Of a stretch of 64,000 nucleotides of DNA, positions 10,642 through 22,800 are shown in pieces. Both the position numbers and the translations under genes were made by a program. Origin of the DNA: a bacterium (GTDB lineage: Bacteria; Patescibacteriota; Patescibacteriia; JBAXGH01); the NCBI GenBank assembly GCA_037139515.1, contig JBAXGH010000002.1, forward strand, positions 17,727 through 81,726. Direction: 5' to 3'. The notes under the pieces are model-generated. The model was given only the letters and a program-made list of their open reading frames with translations, was not told the origin of the DNA and did not search any database. How positions within the stretch are numbered: position 1 is the first letter of the stretch; every line of letters starts with the position of its first letter.

Positions 10642-10846
10642 TCGAATCTTTTTTATCCTTTCTAAACTTCTTCACGATTCCGATAACACCATTTTTAATC
10701 TGACCGAAAAACCCGAGAGCAATCGCAAGCGACGCGACAACCGCCTGAATCACAAAACTTCCGGAGCCTGGGTCGATATAGGCCTGCGCCATGTTTGGAC
10801 GCACCAGAACCACTAACACAATTGCCAAAAATATCCTTAACTTCAT
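10622..10846 (-). CDS. Small membrane protein with AYIDPGSGS motif
   Basis: Signal-like N-terminus, AQAYIDPGSGS, second hydrophobic helix, basic tail; overlaps the downstream gene by 20 bp. Confidence 0.75.
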   Translation of the reverse strand: MKLRIFLAIVLVVLVRPNMAQAYIDPGSGSFVIQAVVASLAIALGFFGQIKNGVIGIVKKFRKDKKDSNGPEIK

Positions 10847-10853
10847 AAAGTGT

Positions 10854-11648
10854 TTATTTCTTTGTGCTAATCAAGACATCTAAATACTCACCGTCTAATC
10901 CGCGACTTTGATCTTTGACGCTTCTAATGACTGTAAACATCCCCGTGGCTTCAAAGATGATTACCGGCAAATCAGCTCCGTAATGATATGTTACAAGCGA
11001 ACCTTTCGAATCAATCGGATTGCCATGATACGAAGGCTCGCTAAGATGAACAATCTTGCCATTTTCCATCTTAGCTCGCTGAATAGATTTGAGCCACCCC
11101 TTTTCCATTGGTGCGGTAAAAATATGCATGCCGCCAGGCTTCAAGACGCGATGTATTTCTTTGAAAGCTTTGCGAATGTCAAAAATATGCTCGAAAACGT
11201 CTTGAGTTATTATCAAATCAAAAGTCTCATCGCCGAATGTCAGATTCTCTAAGTCTTCCGAACGATATCCATCTTTATATTCACCAAATTTTACATCATC
11301 ATAAAACTGCGAGCGAACATAGCCCGGGCAGCCCATCAAAACCGATTCAGTAGCGCCCCAGGCCGAAGGCTCGAGAATCTTCTTTTCCTTCCAATCAGGC
11401 ATCATTTCGCGAATCGTCGCCATCACCAGCCTTTGTCGCGGAATACTGCGACACTTATTGCAAAAATACTGGTCCCGAAGCCAGGGACCTTCTTCAACAA
11501 AATTCACTTCAACTTCACAAATCGGACAATAACTGCGTCGCAAACCAAAACTCCTTAGAACATTTTTAACCGCTAAACGTCGCGACGAACCGAGCGGCAA
11601 CGCGAAGTCAACAAGTTTACGGATCTTCGCTCTCGCTTTTGCTAACAT
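10854..11648 (-). CDS. Class I SAM-dependent methyltransferase (type 11) with N-terminal Zn-ribbon-like CxxC pairs
   Basis: CPIC...CNKC; FDLIITQDVFEHI, HRVLKPGG. Confidence 0.85.
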   Translation of the reverse strand: MLAKARAKIRKLVDFALPLGSSRRLAVKNVLRSFGLRRSYCPICEVEVNFVEEGPWLRDQYFCNKCRSIPRQRLVMATIREMMPDWKEKKILEPSAWGATESVLMGCPGYVRSQFYDDVKFGEYKDGYRSEDLENLTFGDETFDLIITQDVFEHIFDIRKAFKEIHRVLKPGGMHIFTAPMEKGWLKSIQRAKMENGKIVHLSEPSYHGNPIDSKGSLVTYHYGADLPVIIFEATGMFTVIRSVKDQSRGLDGEYLDVLISTKK

Positions 11649-11725
11649 AATAATTATTTTCGCAGCTAATCATCCCATGCGGAGGACATATCTTCAATAG
11701 TTATTATCCACCCCTGCCAAGCATT

Positions 11726-13759
11726 TCATAACCCCGCGTTTGGAAATATATTTTTGAGTACATTCAAATACTCTTCAAAATACTGGCTTATTCGCACGCC
11801 ACCACGAACTTCGACCAGCTTGCGCCCAAACGCAATATCATAATATATCTGATATCCGGCAGATTCTGCATTTCGCAAATCAGATTCGGCTAAATCAAAT
11901 CTTCTGACTGCTAAATCCATAATCCCCCGCCTGAAATATATCAAACCAAGCGAGTTTTTGTCCGCGGTCATGAGTGCTCGGTTAAATTCCGCCGAGGCTT
12001 CTTCGTATCGCTTTTCTGCAGTTAGACTTTCCGCGAGTTCAAGCCTTAATTCCGGGCGTTTTAATGCTAATAAAATCCCTCGCGCCGCAATAGTTTCTGA
12101 TTTAGCGAGTCTTTCCGGCTCATAACCAGAAGCCATGCGATTCGCATAAGCCGCAAATAGTTGATATCGATAGTTCCCCGGATGCTCTTCCGCCGCTTTT
12201 TCTATCTCGCGAGTCGCGAAAAGTATCAATTCCCGACGCTCCGCTGGCACCCCAAGGCTTCTATCAAATACATATGCGATAACTTCGCTCATATTCACTC
12301 GGAGCGCCGTATTCGCAAAAGAATCGGTTCGCAAAGAGTTTTTAAATAATCTCGTCGACTCTTTCGGATCAATTAAAAGCAACGAATATGCTTTTCGATG
12401 CTCATATGTCTGCATCATCGGCAGAATATTAATAAAATATATCGCAGAAACCAGCGCAATTATAATAATACACAGAATTGGATAAGAAAAACTACGATTA
12501 TTTAAACCCTCGCGATTCTGAACATCGTCGCCTGCTTGAACCGCTAAAAAAGCCAAAACAGCATAAAAAATCATGGCGCCCGAAGCGATTTCAAATAGAA
12601 ATAACCCTTGAATCAAATATGCTAAAAATATACATAAAATCACCAAAGCGGTTTTCTTTTTTTCAAGAATTTGCGTTTTGTATATTTTCACCAAACTGGT
12701 GATGATCACAAAAAGCAGCGCAAGATAAGCGAGCAAGGAAAACGCGCCGCCGGCGACTAATATATCAAGAAAAATATTATGCGAATCGGTGTACCAAAAA
12801 TCATTGACGGACTTTTCTCCCGGCGCACAAAGCCTGTTAAAAACCGCATCAAAGTTGCCGATTCCATAACCGCTAATCGGTTTTGATTTAATGCCATCAA
12901 GAGCGATTTTCCAAACCGTAATTCGATCCTCGGCAAAGCCACTACCGGCAATTCTTGAAAACAACAAAGTTTTTGATGCCAAAGCAATAAATGCCAGCGA
13001 AATAATCGCAATCGCAAAACAGCAAATTGCCATCTTCTTTCGGCCAAACCCGCTGATTATCGGATACGCAATCACAAGAACTAGCGCCGAGATAATCAAA
13101 GCGACCAGCGGACCGCGACTGCCGGTCAAAATCAGAGCTGCTAGATTTGCGATAACCGTCAAAGCGCACAGAATTCGTAATCGCAAATCGGTCTCTTTCA
13201 CATAAACCAGAATCACGATAAAGATGTGCAATAGCGCATATAATCCAAGATAGGTCGGGTTTGTAAGTGTTGAAAAAATGCGCCCGTCGATCGTTAAAGA
13301 ATAGGCCGCTTGAAAATAGCCATAGGACGCCGCGCCAATTGAAACCACGCCTGACGTTATGAATAACCAGCGCCAAGAAACCCAGGTTTTGAAAACCGAA
13401 AATAGCACCATGAACCAAAGCCAATAGTGGACCAAATTTACGAGCCCCATCATCCGCGTCGGAAGCGACCAGAGTGATTGCTTAACATCAACGCTGAATA
13501 TCTGGGCGAGAGTTAGCGCTCCGGCAAAAATCACGAGCGCCACGAAGATTTTGTTTTTGAAATCAGGTCGATAATTCTTATCGAAAATCATGAGCAAAAG
13601 CCACGCCGCCACCATAATTTCAACCAAAATCTGAAAAAGCGAACTTTGCACGAAAATATTTGAATAAAAAGTATTGCCGGTGTTGATAATCGGCACTAAA
13701 AAAGCCAGCACGGCACAAACCCTGATCACCCAAAGCAAAATCTTACTTGAAGTTTCCAT
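11726..13759 (-). CDS. O-antigen ligase / O-oligosaccharyltransferase (Wzy_C) family protein with C-terminal TPR-like domain
   Basis: About 12 TM helices; RIFSTLTNP, LTGSRG, R..VW..A, GYGIGNF, DSHNIFLD motifs; helical C-terminus. Confidence 0.85.
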   Translation of the reverse strand: METSSKILLWVIRVCAVLAFLVPIINTGNTFYSNIFVQSSLFQILVEIMVAAWLLLMIFDKNYRPDFKNKIFVALVIFAGALTLAQIFSVDVKQSLWSLPTRMMGLVNLVHYWLWFMVLFSVFKTWVSWRWLFITSGVVSIGAASYGYFQAAYSLTIDGRIFSTLTNPTYLGLYALLHIFIVILVYVKETDLRLRILCALTVIANLAALILTGSRGPLVALIISALVLVIAYPIISGFGRKKMAICCFAIAIISLAFIALASKTLLFSRIAGSGFAEDRITVWKIALDGIKSKPISGYGIGNFDAVFNRLCAPGEKSVNDFWYTDSHNIFLDILVAGGAFSLLAYLALLFVIITSLVKIYKTQILEKKKTALVILCIFLAYLIQGLFLFEIASGAMIFYAVLAFLAVQAGDDVQNREGLNNRSFSYPILCIIIIALVSAIYFINILPMMQTYEHRKAYSLLLIDPKESTRLFKNSLRTDSFANTALRVNMSEVIAYVFDRSLGVPAERRELILFATREIEKAAEEHPGNYRYQLFAAYANRMASGYEPERLAKSETIAARGILLALKRPELRLELAESLTAEKRYEEASAEFNRALMTADKNSLGLIYFRRGIMDLAVRRFDLAESDLRNAESAGYQIYYDIAFGRKLVEVRGGVRISQYFEEYLNVLKNIFPNAGL

Positions 13760-13792
13760 AGCTCATCCCCAACTATAACTCAAAAGAAAAAC

Positions 13793-13820
13793 AAAAACAC
13801 GGATTATGATTCCGTGTTTT
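13793..13820 (-). terminator. Rho-independent terminator after the 3408-aa gene
   Basis: AAAAACACGGA-loop-TCCGTGTTTTT hairpin with flanking A/T tracts. Confidence 0.6.
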
Positions 13821-16800
13821 TATGGTGTTGGCGTAGATTCTGCTGGTTCTGGAGCTGAACTTGGATCAGCGGGCGGAGCAGGTACTTCTTCCAACGTCGG
13901 AGCTGGCTCAAGAGGAGCTGGTTCAATCACAGGAGTAATAACCGGCTCAACCGCAGGCGCCGCCGGGGCCACTACAGGTTCGATAACCGGCTCGACGACC
14001 ACCGGAGTCGGCTCAACAACCGGAGGAGGCACAACTACTGCCGGATCGCTCACGATTACCTCTGCCGGTGCCGTAGGCGTGGTGGTTTCCGCTGGCACCG
14101 TAGAAACCGTAGACTCAGCCGGTGCTGTCAAAGTTGTCGTATTATTCTGAACCGGTTCCGAGGCGATAACCGGTGCCGGGTCCGCGACAATCGGCCGCTC
14201 ATCAACTAAGTCAACTATCCAATAACTCAGTTTAACCCCGGTCAATGTCGGCGAAGCGAGCTTTACCGAGAAAGACCCCTCATGCTTATCCTGAACCCAC
14301 GAAACCGAGCCTGGATTCCCCTGCCACGAAAGGAAAATCTCGCTATTTTCATGCGCCGAAGGGTTTGTGATCACAACCGTATCCACGCCAATCGGGAAAA
14401 TAACCGAGTCCAGCGTAGCTGCTTCCTGCGTCTTCGTAATGATGAGTCCACCGGTTTTCGTTGTCTTTACAGCCAGAGCTCCGGCTTCATCAATCGACCA
14501 GTTCTGACCGCGAATCGCCTTGATATTCGTAATCGAGAAGCCGCGGAAATCGATATCTTGATAAATTTGAAGGCCCTGATTCTGTGGCGCCGCAACTTCG
14601 GTCGCGATATTGATCGGCACCGCGTTTTCAGTTTTCACATAAACGATTACCAAGCCTTCAACAGAAGTCGCCGAAAGCGCATAACCGATGGTTTTTGTGG
14701 CTGAAGAAGTCGCTTTAGTGGCAAAGCCCGGGCGCGTCGGAGAAACCGTAAGCGCATCGCCAATCGCAATCGGACCGTTTTCAACCGTCACCTTGGTTGG
14801 TACGCGACCGGCAAGCGCTACCGGAACCTTCTTTTCAGTCTTATCCCACTCACCCGCAAGGAAACCTGGGCGAGTTGAAATGATACCCAAAAGTAGGTTT
14901 TGTTCGCTGGAAGTCGCTCGTTTTACGTGTTCGTTATAGAGCGGATCGATAGCGACGACTTCACCGGCACCCAAAGTTTCATCTTTCGTCGGGAAAAGCT
15001 CAGCAAAATCATATGAACCTGTCGCCCACCCGGCGGCATTCGTGCGCATATAGTCACTCGGCGAAGCATCTGAATCGTAGTATATGTACTTCGAATTCTG
15101 CGTCGAACCCTTATCTGATAAGTATAACTTTCCGGCGATTGAAACATCACCAGACTGGTTCACCGAGAAGACTTCCGCGCCGGCAGTATTCGCGATTGCG
15201 AGTTTCGAAGTCGAAGCGTTGGTTGTAACATTCGAAATCTTGAAAGACGTAGCGAGCGCCGCCGAACCGTCCCAACCGGAACCGGCAAAGTTGATATATT
15301 CAGAGTCATACCCCGGAACCAAAGCCGTAGCTGTATTTTTTGCCCGAGTCGTAACCGAATCGCCAAGATAAGTCAGAACTCCGTCGGACGTAAGCGTCGC
15401 GCCGATAAAGTATTCAGCCTTCGCAAAAACCATTATCGTACCAGCACCAGGACCGGCAAAAGCGCTTAGGGCGCGGCCGATAATCATGCCTGGCTTTGTT
15501 GATTTCATACCAACGCCAGCCGCTGAAGAAGATGTAATCGCATCGCCCACCGCAATCGGACCATTTTCATCGTTAACCTTAACGATAACGCGTCCGACAA
15601 GAGCGATCGGCATCGGGTTATCAGCCGTATCAATATTGTAACCAATCGAGTTAAAATCACCGGCTTTGGTTGGATCAGAAACTATACCGAAAAGCTTTGA
15701 CTCGTAAGTCGAAGAGCTTTTTACGAGCTGTTTGATGGTGTCGCCGTCAATCGTCGTAACATCATCTGCACCAATCGAAACGATATCGCCGCTCGCAATG
15801 CCAGCCGCGACCGGATATTGCTCGGCATAATCGGCAGCCGGAGTGCTGCTACAGTCACGAAGCTCATAAACTGAGGTCGCTGTCGGCGAAGTGGTGTTGC
15901 CGAGCGACGAACAGACCGCCGTAGTACTTGCGGTGCTTCCGAGCGCCACCGAAACCGTTCCAGCATTGCCGTTGATATTCAAACGCGTCGTACCGCCGGT
16001 ACCGCTAGTTTTAAATGTGATATCGCCAATTGCGCCATCTGATCCACCAAAACCTCCACCGGTACCTTTCACACCACCGGCAATAGTAACCGTTCCACCG
16101 TTTCCACCGTTCCCACCCGTACCACCAGTTATGCCGGTTGCATTGCCACCATTTCCACCGACAATCTGAATCATGCTTCCGGCACCGCCGTTAGCTCCGT
16201 TATTGCTGGTCGTCGTAGCACCACCAGCACCACCAGAAGCACCATTAATTTGGATTACGCTACCATTGCCACCCGCGCCCGGAGTCCCTCCGCCTCCTGG
16301 CTGAGTCATATCACCGCCCTTGCCACCAGCGGCTGCAGTAATCACGAAGGCGGATCCGTTTCCACCAGCATAACCAGGTATCAAGGTCGCCCCCGAATTC
16401 GCGCCGTCACCTCCGGCTCCAAGTGTAACCGTGAAAGCACCGCCATTTGTTCCGACGGAACCAGACCCAGCATAACCATTACCAGCCTTCAAAGTTACGG
16501 CATCGCCGTTATATGAAGATGATGTGCTGTTACCACCCTTAATCGTCAAAAGTCCATTACCGCCATTAATGTTGCCGATCGTATGGTTCGACATCTGAAG
16601 AAGATTCAAATCATCCAAAATCGTCGCGGTTACCGTAAGTTCATCAGCCGTAGCGTTACCTATAACCGTATTCCCGTTTGCATTCAAGCTGCCGGCAACA
16701 ACCGTGTTGCCCGCCGATGTAACGGTGAAGTTTGATGTCGCCCCGGTACCGACCGAGAAAAGCTGGGAAGGTGCGGTGGTGCCAATGCCAACATTGCCGC

Positions 16801-19800
16801 TCGGTAATATCGTCATTTTTATATCCGAATCAACATAATTGCCAGCACCAGAACTATTGACCGAGAAGTTCAAATCCCCGGTTCCTAACTGATCAAGGGT
16901 AATAGCGGCATTTCGAGTACCTATTTCGAGCCCAAAACCCGGAATAGCACCCGCAGGCGTGCCGACATTCAATACGCCCATTCCTAATTTCTTGTATTTT
17001 GTAGACGAAAGAACGTACTCAGCGACTGTCCCGTGAACCATGCCTGAACCATTCACAGCAAGTCTGCTTCCAACCACGGGAGACGAAGAGGATCCGACGC
17101 TGACGGTGCCATCATCGCGAACAAAGAAAAGCGAAGTATCAGCTGAGTCGGTCACATTAAGAGCAGATGTAGCGCTCGTAGTACTGGAACTCTTTACAAC
17201 AAGCTTTGATCCCGGTGAAGCAACGCCTCCGATAGAAACACGGCCGGTGCCGTCTGTGATCAAAAGCTGATTGACGCCGGAGTTAAAGAAGGAAAAATCA
17301 GCATTACTGCCGTTACGACCAGTGCCCACCAACCACTCATCTGAACCAGCGGTCGCGAATCTTATAGCAGCATCGTCGCTCACAGCACCGCGATCAAGTC
17401 GCATCGAAACAAAGTCCGGGGAATCAATAATGACGGCTGGGTCACCAGTCAAAGCTCCAGGAACAACCACGAGCTTAGCGCTCGGACTCGAAGTGCCGAT
17501 GCCGACATTGCCAGATTCAACCACCAAAGCCGCCGAATTCGTAATTGTCGCGTTTGTGCCGGCAACCGGAGCTCCGCTAATCGAAAGCGTGGCGGCATTT
17601 GTGATTGTTGAAGCGCCCACGAAGGCGTAAGTCGGAGCCTGAATCCGCATGGCACGCTGATTTGTGATTGCACCAGTTGCAAATTGAACTGTTCGTGCCA
17701 GGTTAAAATTGATATCAGTAGCTTCGGCGCTTGCAGTCAGGGCCGTATCAGCCGCACCCGTGACCGTAAGAATGCTCGGCGACAAACCGGTTCTGGCCGG
17801 AGGCGCCACAATCAAAGCACCGTCTGTTTTCAACGTCGAAACAGCAGAACGATAAAGATTCGTATCGGCAGATGCACCGAAAAATATACCTCCTTCGGCG
17901 CTCGTGATGTCATCACGAGATGAGACCCAAACAGTCTTAGCTCCAGTACCCTGCGCGGACTCAATAGCTATCCCCACGTTGGAAGACTGACCAATAGTCT
18001 GTTGTCTAATATAGACACCCGTCGCATTCGAAATATACCCCCCGCCCGATGCCGTCATTTCACCAGCCTCGACACCGATCATATCGCTAGGTCCAGCACC
18101 ACCTATAACATATGGCGTCGCCCGCACACCGACAACCGACCCACCAGAGCCGCTTGTTCGATATGGTCTAGCATCCATACCAATCATCGACATAACCGGC
18201 TGACCAACACCACCGCCGCCGGAGGATATATTAGAATCAATACCGCTAAAAGTATTTCCGTTGGCGCTCGAGTAAGACAGCGATGAATTCAACATCAAAG
18301 AAGCATAATCCCCATTTCCGAAACTCACATCAGAGGAAATGCTCATGATATTCTTAGAAGCAGACACCGGCTCACTTGTTCCAACCCTCAACGTCCCGTC
18401 ACCATGCACCACGAGATGAGCCGTAGCATCAACATCAGCAATATTCATGATCGGCCGTCTAACCGTGAACATGGCACCTGGGAAAAGTGGTGTATATGGC
18501 CCTTCGAAATATCCACCCACAACTGCTAAGGTATCTGTAACCACCCGCACGACGGTTTCGCTAGGCGCTAAAAAGCTTACAATAGTCATGACGTCACCAG
18601 GCCTAATCTCAGTCAAGAAAGCAGTTCCGCTTCCAGTAACCACATTATACGGATGTCGAACATTAATAGTTTGTGTCGACCCATCTCCAAGAGCGATGTC
18701 CGTCGCAAGCATCGTGTCTCCATAGATAGCTGTCACAACCGCATAGGTCGCAGGTGCCGAAGAGAACGAAATCTCATCTCCGACAACCAAAGAAGTAGAG
18801 AACGTCGTACTGGATCCAAAAATAAAGGTAGTCGCATTCGCATCTGTTGTGCCTCCAATATCAGATATAGACGCCCCTGTTTCAATCGTCCCGTTTCCGC
18901 CGGTTGCGACCGATCCCTTAACCGCCAAATTGGCAGTTGGAGTGGTGGTTCCAATACCGACATTTCCAGCCGCAGAATCCGCGATAAGCGCATAAGATGT
19001 ACCCGAAGTCACTGTCCCGCCGGTGATTTTGATACCGGTGGAAGTAAGTACTCCACCAGCTTGTGTGATATCCGGCATGGTCAAATCAAGCCCAGTCCAT
19101 GTTGGAGTACCCGATACACTCGCTACCGCCCCTGGAGACTCAATCGAGATTCCCTTGATTGCTTCTGTGCCAGTAGCCGTTGTTGCCCCTGGAAGTGTCA
19201 AAACCATTCCAGAAACACTTTGAGTGACGTTCGTGACACCGGTTTTTAAATCAAGCGCCGAACCAACCAGAGATCCGCTCAGAGTTGTCGCAGTGCCATA
19301 AGCGATATTCTGAATTGTGCCGGAGGTATTTTTGGAATTTAGATAAAGCAAGTTCGCCGAAGAAACGTTCGTACCGGTAAGGGTAAGCGCCACAGCATCA
19401 GACGAAGGCGTGGTTGAAATTAAGCCGGCCGAAGTCACCTGAAAAAGATCGCCGTCGCCCACCGTGAGCATCGCTGCCGGAGTAGTATCTCCAATACCGA
19501 CATTGGTCGATACGACTGCGCCATTAAAGCCATTAACGCTGCCAAGTACCATGCAGTTACCGCATCCAACTTGGGCTTGGTACCCAATTGCCGAAGCATT
19601 CATGAGGCCAGAAGAAGCCACATCAGCCCCGACACCTACAAAAGTATTGCGAGAACCAGTTGTGTTAGTAAGACCGGTGCTATAACCCACGCCGGTATTA
19701 TTGTCGCCAGTTGTATTGACAAGAGAATACGAACCTAACCCAGAATTAAACTCCCCGCTAGTGTTAGATTGCAATGCGTAACTTCCAATACCTGTGTTTC

Positions 19801-22800
19801 CACCACCGGCGTCATTAACGAGTAATGCGTTATAGCCAAATGCCGCATTATCTATTCCTACATCAAGGGCGTTCAAAGCATAGGCTCCGGTCGCCGTGTT
19901 TCTGTCTCCAGATGTAAGCGCGAGCATAGCATTGCCGCCAAGTGAAGCATTATTTGAACCAGATGTCAGTAAGGCGAAGGCTGAATTTCCGACCGCAATA
20001 TTATCGGTACCCGAAGCTGTAAAGTTGCCTGCTCCCGACCCGAGGAAGATGTTAGCACCATAGTCATGCAGGAATCGCGAGCCGCCAACAGTCACCACGC
20101 CAACGCTACTCGAAGTGGTCGTTGCCAAAGCTAAATTACCATCAAGACGAGCATCACCATCAACTTCTAAGCCGCCACCAATAGCTAACAAATTAGTTGC
20201 GCGTGTTGAACCAATCGTCGGACTGCCGATTCTAACTACCCCGTTTACCCCGGTTCCGCTTCCATTACCGCCAAGCAAAACAATGTCGCCACCATTAGAA
20301 GTCGCCGAGATGCCAAGGCCACCGGTAACCTCCACATTGCCAGCATTACCCGAATCACTACCCGAAGTTCCACCGTTCAAGACCAGATTGCCTCCGGCGC
20401 TATTTCCGTTCCCATTTCCAGGCCTAACGGTCAGTTGATTTCCAGCAACATCCGGATTGGCGGTAGTGATCCCTATTGTACGATCGGCACCATTTCTAAA
20501 ATACATGTCCGAACCGTATATCAAACTGCTTGCGTTAATCGTTACCTGATCAAGAGCTGAACCGATGTTGATAAAATCAGTGGCAGCATTGTTAGTACCG
20601 ATATTTATCGTGTTTCCAGCATTTCCATTGCCGATTCCAATCGTCTTAACGGCAGAGCCCGAGCCAATATTAATAGCCTCAGCGCTCCCATCATTACCAA
20701 TTTCTATATTTCCCGTGGTAGCACTATTCAACGTTAAAGTAGTATTTGTGCCGCCAGAAGAAAGTGTGACAGCCCCGGTACCAGAATACGACTGCGAGGC
20801 GCCAACAGAGACGCCCACCGTACCAGAAAGTAGCCCAGCTGAAGTGATGGTCCCTGAACCGGTTGAGGAGATATTCCCAGTTGTAGTAATCGCGCCAGCG
20901 GAAGTGAGCGAACCGGAAACGATATCGATAGCAGAACCGATACCAGCATTACTAATCTGCAGCGCATGAGCTGAAGATTCGTTGTTGCTCAATGCTATCT
21001 GAACCAATGTTCCGGTAGACAGATTTGCATGCGAGCTATCTTCCTGCACCGATAATACTGGCTCCGAACGTGCACCCCCTAAAACCGTCGCGAGTATTTC
21101 GAGTGTTTTATCATGAGCTCCATCAAAAGAATCTGATACATCCGAACGCAGGAATGACGCCGAATCAAGATCGTCAAAGGTATCGACGTTCAAGTTTGAA
21201 ACTTTGGTTGTGGATGCAACTACAAACGGAGCTGAACCGGTTGCGAGAGTCGATGTTAGTTGACCCGACATGCCGAGCGTCGTGATGCCGGAAAGGGCAC
21301 CGCCGGAAGAAACGTCCAATCCAGACGAATCAAGCTGGAAAGAGTCATCGTTTGCATTTCCGATTCGAATAACCTTAGTACCAATGTTCGCGCCGATATC
21401 AATAGCCTGTGCTCCAGTACCTCCGAGCGTAATCGAACCAGACGATGTTCCGGTCGCGATATTCACACCGAAGTCCGAGCTTGCGTTCAAATTAACCGTG
21501 GCACCGGTCACGTTGAGACCGAGATTTCCGGTGAGCAGTCCGGCTGATGTAATCGTACCAGAACCGGTTGAAGAAATATTGTTCGAAGTCGTAATCACGC
21601 CAGCGGAAGTGAGCGAACCAGAGATAATATTAAGAGCTGAACCGGAACCAGATTGAGTGATCTGAAGAGCGTGAGCGGATGAAGCCGTATCAAGCTGAAT
21701 AATCTCGGCTAAGACTCCGGTATTATTATTCGCTGCGTCATTAGCTTGCGAAACCGAAAGTACAGCGGCGGTTCGATTCCCTGCCGTGAGCGTTGAAAGC
21801 AGTGACAAAGTTTTGCTGTTAAGCCCATCAAAAGAATCCGAAGCATCAGAACGCAGGAATGACGCCGAATCAAGATCGTCAAATGTATCGACGTTCAGAT
21901 TTGAAACTTTGGTCGTTGACGCAACCACGAATGGCGCTGAACCGGTTGCGAGAGTCGAAGTGAGTTGACCCGACATGCCGAGTGTTGTGATGCCAGAGAG
22001 GGCGCCAGCGGAGGTAACATCCAGGCCTGATGAGTTGATAGCAAAGAAATCATCATTTGCATTGCCGATAGTGATGATTTTCGATGCCACGCCGGTACCA
22101 ATATCAATCGTCTGACCCATTGATCCACCGAGTGTAATCGTACCAGTCGATGTTCCGCCGGCAAGACTGACTCCGAAGTCAGAGCTGTCGTTTAAGCTCA
22201 CTGCGGCACCAGTCACAGTGAGACCGAGGTTTCCGGTTAAAAGCTGCGAAGACGTAAGCGCTCCATTCACCGTAGTCGTAATGCCGGAACGCGAAACCGA
22301 AACCGAAGTTGCGGCCACAGTTCCAAGGTTAAGCGCGCCAACCGAGTCGAGCGCCATAGTTCCGGAAGTCAAAGTCTGAATCGTAAGATTACCGCCGGCA
22401 TTGTTCCAAGAAGAAATTCCATTGGAAGCAATCGCCAAAGTCGATGAATTGATAGCCGTCGGATCGTTAACTCCGTTACCAATCGTGATAGTTTTAGCCG
22501 CAACTCCGGTCCCAATATCAATCGCCTGAGTGCCGGTACCGCCAAGCGTGATTGTGCCGGTTGAAGTTCCGGTCGCGATGTTCACACCAAAATCCGAGCT
22601 CGCATTCAAACTGACCACGGCGCCGGTCACGGTTAGGCCGAGGTTTCCGGAGAGCAGCCCAGCTGATGTAATCGTGCCAGCGCCGGTTGTCGAGATATTA
22701 TTAGTTGTGGTGATAGCACCGGCGGAAGTGAGCGAACCCGAGATAATATCAAGCGCTGAGCCAGATCCAGCTTGTGTGATTTGAAGAGCGTGAGCTGACG

